A DNA stretch of 51,301 nucleotides from an uncultured Eubacteriales bacterium (GTDB lineage Bacteria > Bacillota > Clostridia > Oscillospirales > Ruminococcaceae). The notes under the pieces are model-generated. The model saw nothing but the letters and a program-made list of their open reading frames with translations, did no database searches and was not told where the DNA came from. Positions 1 to 7,179 of this stretch are shown here, piece by piece. How positions within the stretch are numbered: position 1 is the first letter of the stretch; each line of letters opens with the position of its first letter. A program made the translations under genes and the position numbers. Location of the stretch: assembly GCA_959605275.1 (NCBI GenBank), contig CAUHFD010000001.1:1-51301 (forward strand). The letters run 5' to 3'.

Positions 1-882
1 GGTGCGATCCGGTGCGGCTACCGTTTGTTTGACGGCGCATCCGTTTATGGAAATGAGCCGGAAATCGGACAGGTGTATGCAAACGCCATCCAAAACGGCG
101 AAGTCAAAAGAGAAGAACTTTTCATTACCTCCAAGGTTTGGAACGATATGCACGGAGATGGAAAAGTAATAGAATCCTGCAAAAAAACATTGCAGGATTT
201 ACAGCTTGATTATGTTGACCTGTATTTTGTCCATTGGCCGTTCCCGAACTATCATGCACCGGGCTGCACGATTGACAGCAGAAATCCTGATTCTAAACCA
301 TTTTCCGTTGACCGCTTTATGGCAACTTGGCGTCAAATGGAGCAGTTGGTGGATATGGGATTGACCAGATTCATCGGTATGTCCAACATGACGATACCTA
401 AGCTGGAAGCAGTGCTACCGCTGTGCCGCATTAAGCCGGTAGCCATTGAGATGGAGTTGCACCCCAGTTTCCAGCAGCCGGAGTTGTTTCAGTATTGTCT
501 GGATCGTGGCATTCAGCCGATCGGTTTCTGTCCGATTGGTTCACCGACCCGTCCGGATCGTGACAAAGACCCGAATGATGTTGTAGATATGCAGATGCCG
601 GAACTGGTTGAGATTGCAAAAGCCCACAATGTCCATCCGGCGATTATTTGTTTGAAATGGGCAGTACAGCGTGGACAAACGCCGATCCCATTCTCTATCT
701 ATGAGAATGAATACACCAGCAACCTGCGCTGCGTCACAGAGGATCCCTTGACAGAGGAAGAAATGAAAATCATGACTTCCCTTGACCGCAACTGCCGATT
801 CATTAAAGGTCACGTCTTCTTATGGGAGGGCGCAAAAGACTGGTACGATCTTTGGGATTTAGACGGTACTATTACAAAGTAA
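1..882 (+). CDS. aldo/keto reductase family oxidoreductase (5' end cut by window edge)
   Basis: Frame 1 is open from nt 1 (GAIRCGYRLFDGASVYGNE...). The AKR catalytic tetrad context is visible: D in LFDGA, Y in SVYGNE, K in ITSKVWN, H in YFVHWP. IGMSNM and PIGSP motifs are also present. Confidence 0.85.
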   Translation, partial: GAIRCGYRLFDGASVYGNEPEIGQVYANAIQNGEVKREELFITSKVWNDMHGDGKVIESCKKTLQDLQLDYVDLYFVHWPFPNYHAPGCTIDSRNPDSKPFSVDRFMATWRQMEQLVDMGLTRFIGMSNMTIPKLEAVLPLCRIKPVAIEMELHPSFQQPELFQYCLDRGIQPIGFCPIGSPTRPDRDKDPNDVVDMQMPELVEIAKAHNVHPAIICLKWAVQRGQTPIPFSIYENEYTSNLRCVTEDPLTEEEMKIMTSLDRNCRFIKGHVFLWEGAKDWYDLWDLDGTITK

Positions 883-910
883 AAGACGATCTGGAAAGGG
901 GATTGGTATT

Positions 911-1381
911 ATGCTGAAAGGTATACCTAACATTTTGACACCGGAATTATTGAAAATACTGATGGAAATGGGACATGGAGACGAAATTGTTCTTGCCGAT
1001 GGAAATTTTCCGGCGTTTGCCCATCCGAATAAGGTGGTGCGGCTGGACGGACATGGGATTCCCGAAGTTATGGAGGCTATCCTGCGTTTTATGCCGTTGG
1101 ATCCTTATGTAGAGCATCCGACGATTTTTATGGAGGTACTTCCGGACGACCCATATATTCCCGAAATCTGGGATACATACCGAGAGCTGGCATTTCGATA
1201 TGAAGAAGGCGGTCTGCGGGAACAGCCAATTAACAAGTTTGATTTTTACGAACGTACAAAAAAAGCCTATGCAGTTGTTACAACAAGCGAAAGTGCTCTG
1301 TATGCCAATGTGATTCTCAAAAAAGGTGTGGTAAGGTTGGAAGACACAATTTGCGGAAAGGAAAACAGCAATGAACGGTAA
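911..1381 (+). CDS. fucU: L-fucose mutarotase (RbsD/FucU family)
   Basis: [34 protein letters not shown] ... [29 protein letters not shown] is collinear with E. coli FucU as I remember it ([34 protein letters not shown]...FAFYERAQKAFAIV...YGNILLKKGV). Confidence 0.85.
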   Translation: [156 protein letters not shown]

Positions 1382-2378
1382 AGAAAGGATACAAGCAATA
1401 CTGGATGGCGAAAAGCCGGACAGAACACCGGTTTTTCCTTTGCTGATGGCGTTTTCCGCAAAAAGAATAGGTGCTTCTTATCGGGATTTTGCTTCTAATG
1501 GCAGTGTGATGGCGCAAGCGCAAATTCATGCGCATGAAATGTTTCATCTGGATGCTATTACGGCCTGCTCGGATGCTTTTCGCATTGCAGCAGATTTGGG
1601 AGCGGAAATGGTGTTTCCGGAGGACAAACCTCCTTTTGCTCAAGCTCCGCTCGTCACTTCGGCGGAAGATTTAAAACGACTGAAAAGACCGGATGTCGCA
1701 AATGCCAGAGGACGAATGTATGATCGTGCCCAAGGTGTGAAAGAGATGGTAAATGCTGTCGGCAAGTCCTGTATGGTGTTAGGCTGGGTCGATATGCCTT
1801 TTGCCGAAATATGTTCCTTATGCGGCGTACAGAATATAATGATGATGATGTATGATGAGCCGGAATTGGTTCATCAACTACTGGATTTTGTGACGTCGAT
1901 CGTAATCGATTTTGCCTTATTGCAAATTGAGAACGGAGCAGAAATGATTGGATGCGGTGATGCTGCCGCTTCTTTGATTTCGCCTGAAATGTATCGGGAA
2001 TTTGCGTTGCCGTATGAACAACAAGTGTGTGAAGCGATTCATCATAGACAAGCTAAAATTAAACTGCATATCTGTGGGGATACAACCGCTTTGCTGCAGG
2101 ATATGGTCAAAAGCGGTGCAGATCTTTTCAATGTGGATCATATGGTGGATTTGAAAACGGCTGCAGAGACTTATGGCGCTAAACAATTGGCGTTTAAAGG
2201 TAATTTGGACCCCATCGGAGACATACTACAAGCGTCAGCAGAGGAAAGTTATTGCCGCGCGAAGCGTTGTATTCAATTGACAGAAGGTTATCGATATATT
2301 TTAAGTGCAGGCTGTGAAATTCCTGCCGAAGTCGAGGATGAGGTTTTTTTGGCGTTTTGCCGTGCGGCAGAACAATAA
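1371..2378 (+). CDS. uroporphyrinogen decarboxylase (URO-D)/MtaA-CmuA-like family protein, function unknown in this context
   Basis: 335 aa. The N-terminus MNGKERIQAILDGEKPDRTPVFPLL and the overall length and pattern are typical of URO-D-like methyltransferase/decarboxylase folds. It overlaps the fucU stop by 11 nt and has a GGAAAGGA SD upstream. Confidence 0.65.
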   Translation: MNGKERIQAILDGEKPDRTPVFPLLMAFSAKRIGASYRDFASNGSVMAQAQIHAHEMFHLDAITACSDAFRIAADLGAEMVFPEDKPPFAQAPLVTSAEDLKRLKRPDVANARGRMYDRAQGVKEMVNAVGKSCMVLGWVDMPFAEICSLCGVQNIMMMMYDEPELVHQLLDFVTSIVIDFALLQIENGAEMIGCGDAAASLISPEMYREFALPYEQQVCEAIHHRQAKIKLHICGDTTALLQDMVKSGADLFNVDHMVDLKTAAETYGAKQLAFKGNLDPIGDILQASAEESYCRAKRCIQLTEGYRYILSAGCEIPAEVEDEVFLAFCRAAEQ

Positions 2379-2395
2379 TTGAAATCCCGGAAAAG

Positions 2396-2440
2396 AAAAC
2401 ATCTCCCGTTAGCCTTATGGCTTTCGGGAGATGTTTTTTA
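2396..2440. terminator. bidirectional rho-independent terminator between convergent genes
   Basis: AAAACATCTCCCG (2396-2408) pairs with CGGGAGATGTTTT (2425-2437). There is an inner AGCC/GGCT stem. The hairpin has a T-run on the plus strand and an A-run (T-run on the minus strand) on the other side. It overlaps the last codons of the minus-strand regulator gene. Confidence 0.65.
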
Positions 2441-3560
2441 CACTTTCTCGCTTTATAAAAGAAACCGGGAATATCATATTATGCTTTCCGCCCTTTTTAT
2501 TTTCAATTAATTTGATTAAAATATTTGCAGCTTCTTTTCCGATTGCATAAAGATTTTGGTGCACTGTGGTCAGACCTATGCTGAATTTTTGCGTATCAGA
2601 CAGATCATCAAATCCGGTTAGGGAAAGATCATCCGGAATAGAAATGCCTAAAGACTGACAAGCTTCCATGACCAGAAGAGCAACACCGTCCGAAGAACAG
2701 GCAATGGCAGTTACGCCTTGTTCTATGGCAGAGGATATGCTTTTGACGATGAGGTAAATGCCATCTGTTTCGATATCCAGGCTCTTAGCTATGTTGGTAT
2801 AAATTAAGTTTTGCCGGATAGGAATATTATGGTCTGCCAAGGCGGTGCAGTAGCCGTTAAATCGATCTCGGATAGATGATTTATCATCAATAGCTACGTC
2901 GGAGAAAAAAGCGATTTTTTCATGTCCATTGTCAATCAGATGATTAACAACGGACAACTCGCCGGTAAAATTGTCCGATACGACATGAGAAATATCTACA
3001 CCCGTAAAATATTTATCCACTGTCACAATCGGGTAATTTTGAACGGAGAGTTGAATCATCAAATCGTAGTTTGCATGATCGGAATAAGGGTAATAAATGA
3101 TTCCTTTTACATTATCGCTGATATATTTTTGTAGCAAAATTCTTTCGTTATCCGGATTTCTGCCTGAATTGGAAATAACCATATAATAGCCTTTTGCGGT
3201 TACCACTTCAAGAATACCTTGGATATAATACATCATGTCTCCTTTAGCGGTGTCGATCGGAAATATGATACCGATTAAATTGCTGTTGCCGCTTAGAAGT
3301 CTGCTGTCACTATCGCCATCAGTAATAATAGGATTGTCAAAGTCATAATCCGTACTGATAAAAGAGCCCAGCCTTCTTTTTCGGACAATGATCTTTTTGT
3401 CCGCCAATTCATCCAAAGCTTTTTTGGCAGTGATACGGCTGACGCCGAACTGCTCCATCAGTTCGGATTCGGTTGGTATTTTAGAACCCTTTACCAGTCT
3501 TCCACTTTGCATTTCTTCTAAAATGTAATTGATAATCTTTTCATATAAAAAGCCTTCCAT
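2415..3560 (-). CDS. transcriptional regulator, GntR-type winged HTH fused to a LacI/PBP1-type sugar-binding domain
   Basis: N-terminus IPTESELMEQFGVSRITAKKALDELADKKIIVRKRRLGSFI is a GntR HTH. The C-terminal ~280 aa has a periplasmic-binding-protein-like pattern (IGIIFP..., ITGFDD...). Confidence 0.8.
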   Translation of the reverse strand: MEGFLYEKIINYILEEMQSGRLVKGSKIPTESELMEQFGVSRITAKKALDELADKKIIVRKRRLGSFISTDYDFDNPIITDGDSDSRLLSGNSNLIGIIFPIDTAKGDMMYYIQGILEVVTAKGYYMVISNSGRNPDNERILLQKYISDNVKGIIYYPYSDHANYDLMIQLSVQNYPIVTVDKYFTGVDISHVVSDNFTGELSVVNHLIDNGHEKIAFFSDVAIDDKSSIRDRFNGYCTALADHNIPIRQNLIYTNIAKSLDIETDGIYLIVKSISSAIEQGVTAIACSSDGVALLVMEACQSLGISIPDDLSLTGFDDLSDTQKFSIGLTTVHQNLYAIGKEAANILIKLIENKKGGKHNMIFPVSFIKRESVKNISRKP

Positions 3561-3653
3561 TATTTCGTTTGCTCCTTTTTCAATAGCATTATGTCAATTG
3601 ATCGGCAATTTTTACAGAATAAAGATAAACTATGATGACTAACTGTAAATCAT

Positions 3654-4013
3654 TATTGATATGCAAATGATATGACTACATGCAAATTAATATGTTTTTG
3701 CAGATATATCATAACAATAGTATATTATAAGATTGAAAATATGTCAATACCATATCAATTAATCATCATAATATATTGTCTTAAAACTGTAAAATATTAG
3801 GCAGAATATGTTATCTCCATTATTGTGAATAAATAGGAGTAAAATAATTGATATGCACAAAAACAAAAGAAATATATAATTGTTATGTGCGAAATATACA
3901 TAAAACCATCTCTTAAATGCACATTAAGTTAGAAAAATATTGTGCATATTGACAACGATGCGGAAGTGAATTATAATAAAAACACGGAAGCACAAAAGAA
4001 AGCAATTGATATG
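3654..4013. promoter_or_regulatory. four copies of the 10-mer [A/T]ATTGATATG, a candidate operator set
   Basis: TATTGATATG at 3654-3663 (+). AATTGATATG at 3846-3855 (+) and 4004-4013 (+). CATATCAATT at 3751-3760 is AATTGATATG on the minus strand. Related CAATTGAT at 3595-3602 and 4041-4048. Confidence 0.4.
3949..3977 (+). promoter_or_regulatory. sigma-A type promoter for the 4065 gene
   Basis: Perfect consensus TTGACA (3949-3954), a 17-nt spacer, then TATAAT (3972-3977), about 88 nt upstream of the ATG at 4065, which has a GGAGG SD at 4054-4058. Confidence 0.6.
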
Positions 4014-4064
4014 TTAATTTCCAAATTATACCAGTTGCTTCAATTGATTAAACGGAGGTAAACA

Positions 4065-5387
4065 ATGATGAAAAAACGGTATTTATCTATTTTGCTTGCA
4101 CTGTCTCTTGCAATCAGTATGATTGCGTTTTCTGTTCCGGCATCAGCCGCAGAGACAGGATCCCAAGAAAAGCAGCTTTATCATTTAGCTGTGGAAGACA
4201 AAGCGTTTGGTTCTTATATTTATGGTGATGCAACGCAAGAAGGCGGCGTAGCATTCCCGGACAACTCTATGGCTACTGCTTGCGGCTGGGAAGCTGTAAA
4301 AGACTATAATAGTCAGTACAACGGAGGAGGTTGGTCGGCAAGCGGTGTCATTGTCCGTGTTATGGGTGCTGCAAAAATTACTGCTCTTGGAGATATCTTC
4401 CAGGACGCCACGAAACTGACCGGTGGTTTGGGAGATCGCGGAAAATCTTTTGCACCGCATAAGGTTCAGCTTTGGAAAATAGCCGGTGTAACCGACCTGG
4501 AGGATAATGCTCAAATCACCAATGCTCTTGCCAATCAGGAAAATTGGACCATGACAGCAGAAGTGACCGTTACCCCGGATGAAACCACTGCACTGGGCGC
4601 GGGAAAAGGCTTTAACTGGACAGAGCTCGAGACGCCTGTGATCGTAAAAGCCGGTGAATTGTATGTTATCGTCGTGGAGCAAGGTGTGGGTGCAGAGCCG
4701 GGAGTATCATACGGAAATCCTCGCCAGAATGAATTAAACTACTACTTGGCAATGCATCCGGATAATACGGAAGATGCGGAACCTGCACAGGCCGGCCTGT
4801 TTTATATAGGCGGCGCACCGATCGGCACTTTCGGAGGCAATTTGGTTGATATACAAAATGCGGTTGCTGGTTCTTTCTATGCCGGCGGTAATTTCAAATA
4901 TGAAGAAATCAAACCCGATGAAAAAGCTGCTCCTACCGCAAGCGAGATTACCCAAAATTCTGCAAAACTGACTTGGACCAAAGCAGATAACAATGATTTG
5001 GGTAATGTAGGGGGATATATCATTAACCGTACCAACGGCGAAAACGGTGAAACCTTAAAGGTGAACGGTGCAGATACCCTTTCTTTTTCAGACAGCGGTT
5101 TGACGGAAAACACAACCTACACTTATGAGATAATAGCGGTCGATGACGTTGATGCAGAAACCCCGGTTGTCATTGCTGTTTATGCTGCGGCAGAGGTTAA
5201 AACTTTAGCGGCAGAAAAGGCTCCTGAAGACAATCAAGGTGAAAAAGAGGAAGAGAAAACTCCGGATCAAAAAGATGACGAAACGGTGAAAACCGGTGTG
5301 GCAGACAATGTTACAGCAGCAATACTGCTTCTTGTGTTCGCCGCAGGAGTCGTATTGGCTTTCAAAAAAAAATCTTATATAAAATAA
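4065..5387 (+). CDS. secreted, C-terminally membrane-anchored protein with a fibronectin type III domain; the N-terminal ~280-aa domain is unassigned (possibly DUF4082-like)
   Basis: Signal peptide MMKKRYLSILLALSLAISMIAFSVPASA. Fn3 pattern APTASEITQNSAKLTWTKA...GYIINRTNGE...TYTYEIIAVDD. An E/K-rich linker is followed by the hydrophobic helix AAILLLVFAAGVVLAF and a KKK tail. Confidence 0.7.
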   Translation: MMKKRYLSILLALSLAISMIAFSVPASAAETGSQEKQLYHLAVEDKAFGSYIYGDATQEGGVAFPDNSMATACGWEAVKDYNSQYNGGGWSASGVIVRVMGAAKITALGDIFQDATKLTGGLGDRGKSFAPHKVQLWKIAGVTDLEDNAQITNALANQENWTMTAEVTVTPDETTALGAGKGFNWTELETPVIVKAGELYVIVVEQGVGAEPGVSYGNPRQNELNYYLAMHPDNTEDAEPAQAGLFYIGGAPIGTFGGNLVDIQNAVAGSFYAGGNFKYEEIKPDEKAAPTASEITQNSAKLTWTKADNNDLGNVGGYIINRTNGENGETLKVNGADTLSFSDSGLTENTTYTYEIIAVDDVDAETPVVIAVYAAAEVKTLAAEKAPEDNQGEKEEEKTPDQKDDETVKTGVADNVTAAILLLVFAAGVVLAFKKKSYIK

Positions 5388-5435
5388 TAGAGCGATCTTG
5401 TTTATATAAAAGATAGTGTTTATCACTGACATGAT

Positions 5436-5470
5436 ATTAGGCTGTTTTTCTTATCGAAACGCAGCCTAAT
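5436..5470 (+). other. intergenic stem-loop without a U-tract
   Basis: ATTAGGCTG (5436-5444) pairs with CAGCCTAAT (5462-5470), with a 17-nt loop. No T-run follows on either strand. Confidence 0.35.
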
Positions 5471-5523
5471 GCTGTCTTCGTACAAAACGGTCAAAAAGAT
5501 GACTTGAATGCCAGGAGGTACAT

Positions 5524-7062
5524 ATGAAAAAGATAGTTGCCGGTGTAATGACGGCTGCTTTATTAAGCAGCATGCTGCTCGCTTCTGCGGCTACACCGAA
5601 TTTAGTCAGTAATGGTGATTTTGAAAACGGAATGACCGGTTGGATACCAAAGCATATCGGCAATGCCACTCCCGAGAATCAGCTCGGAACAGCAGGAGGT
5701 AAGGCTGAAATTGTATCGGGCGGTCATAGCGGTAAATGCTTGAAGATTACGCAGGGAAATTTGGTAGAAGGCGGCTCTCTGTCCTATTTCGGGCGTGTAG
5801 AACAAAATTTGATTTCAAAAGAAGTACCCAAAGAAGGTAGCGCTTATATGTTCAGCGCTTGGGTGAAAGCAGAAAGCATTCCGTCTAATGTCTCTAATCC
5901 TAAGGTTCAGCTGATTCTTGATATCGCCGCCGATCAAGGAGATAAAGATAAAAACGGCAATCCGGTCTATCATCATCAGGGAGAGGTAGTGGCTTCTGAG
6001 GAAGTAACTACTTCCTGGAAAAAGATAACCGGCGTTACCAGAATGTTTACTTTTGAACAGCAGGACGGACCGAATACACAATACAAAAATACAATCGGAT
6101 TCCATTCTTCTCCGAAGTATCCGGGCGCTAATCCCGGGTTTGACCAGGGGCTTAAAATGGATACGCCGATTAAGGAATTTACTCCTTATGTTATTCTTTC
6201 CGGTGGTCCTGAAACTGCCGTTCCGCTCTTGATCGATGACATGGAGCTGAAAAAACCGATCTACAATTTTATTTTTAACAAAGCAAATGCAGACAGCAAG
6301 GTGCTGTATAAGGAATCGGGAACCGAAACCTATATTCATGAGGGCACCGACGTTGCTGTTTATCGTGAAGCAAAAGAAGATGCATATTTTATCTATAAAT
6401 TTGATTTTGATAAAAATACCAAAGACGCTATTATTTCCATGAACGTCGGAGATGATTTTAAAATCGATGTAGCAACAGATCCGAACGGTCCTTGGACAAA
6501 TGTCGCTAATGGTAAAGCATTATTAATGACCAATGCCTATAAAGCCGACGAAATTATTGATGTAACCGGTTATCTGAATAAGAACAGCGAAAATGCCGTA
6601 TATATGAAGTTCTCCGATCGCACCAAGGGAACGACGGGAACAAAGAAAAACGGTGTCACGATTCGCGCATTGGAAGTATACAGTGAAACCGGAGCACTTG
6701 AATTTAAATCTACACCTACCAACAATACTTCGACAACGGCATCAAAGAATACTGCAGGACAAACCAGTTCGGCTGCAGGCACTGTTTCCAACGGCAAGAC
6801 ACCGGATAACAACAGTGTAAACACAGAGACAGATGTCATCACCTCCGGAGATGACATCGTAACGGAAAGTGGAGTTGTAGCCGAATCCGGTGAGGATGTT
6901 GTCTCGGAAGAACAGCAGGACAGCTCGGCAGTCATGGCTGATTCGGAAAATGAAGGCGGCTCTTTGCTATGGCTTTGGATCACATTGGCGGTCGTGGTTG
7001 TTTTAGGCGGTGGCGGAGCAGCGCTATACTTTTTGGTTATTAAGAAAAAATTACAGAAATAA
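5524..7062 (+). CDS. secreted, C-terminally membrane-anchored protein with an N-terminal CBM4/9/22-like sugar-binding module
   Basis: AGGAGG SD at 5513-5518. Signal peptide MKKIVAGVMTAALLSSMLLASAA. NLVSNGDFENGMTGW...GGHSGKCLKI is typical of CBM_4_9-type modules. A T/S-rich linker is followed by the TM helix LWLWITLAVVVVLGGGGAALYFLVI and KKK. Confidence 0.6.
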   Translation: MKKIVAGVMTAALLSSMLLASAATPNLVSNGDFENGMTGWIPKHIGNATPENQLGTAGGKAEIVSGGHSGKCLKITQGNLVEGGSLSYFGRVEQNLISKEVPKEGSAYMFSAWVKAESIPSNVSNPKVQLILDIAADQGDKDKNGNPVYHHQGEVVASEEVTTSWKKITGVTRMFTFEQQDGPNTQYKNTIGFHSSPKYPGANPGFDQGLKMDTPIKEFTPYVILSGGPETAVPLLIDDMELKKPIYNFIFNKANADSKVLYKESGTETYIHEGTDVAVYREAKEDAYFIYKFDFDKNTKDAIISMNVGDDFKIDVATDPNGPWTNVANGKALLMTNAYKADEIIDVTGYLNKNSENAVYMKFSDRTKGTTGTKKNGVTIRALEVYSETGALEFKSTPTNNTSTTASKNTAGQTSSAAGTVSNGKTPDNNSVNTETDVITSGDDIVTESGVVAESGEDVVSEEQQDSSAVMADSENEGGSLLWLWITLAVVVVLGGGGAALYFLVIKKKLQK

Positions 7063-7078
7063 AAAAAATTAATTTGAC

Positions 7079-7151
7079 ATCGCCTGTTTTCTCCGGAAAA
7101 TTTCCTGCTCCGGAAATTCCGATAAAGAAAGGGAACAGGCGATTCGTTTTT
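7079..7151 (+). terminator. long-range stem plus T-run enclosing two small palindromes (terminator or cis-regulatory RNA)
   Basis: ATCGCCTGTT (7079-7088) pairs with AACAGGCGAT (7134-7143) and is followed by TCGTTTTT. The 45-nt interior carries GGAAAATTTCC (7095-7105) and CGGAAATTCCG (7111-7121), and the direct repeat CTCCGGAAA (7091-7099, 7108-7116). Confidence 0.45.
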
Positions 7152-7179
7152 CCATATTAAGGAAAGAGAGGCTCTATCT

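Noticed and set aside
5355-5372. TVKTGV read as a sortase LPXTG-type motif.
   Set aside because: It lacks the Leu/Pro of LPXTG and (S/P)PXTG. The two other proteins with the same tail architecture have nothing comparable at that position.
7091-7121. Direct repeats CTCCGGAAA as a possible mini CRISPR or tandem-repeat array.
   Set aside because: There are only two 9-nt copies 17 nt apart, and no cas genes in the window. They are better explained as paired palindromic sites within a terminator-like element. No CRISPR array, rRNA or intact tRNA was seen anywhere in the window.
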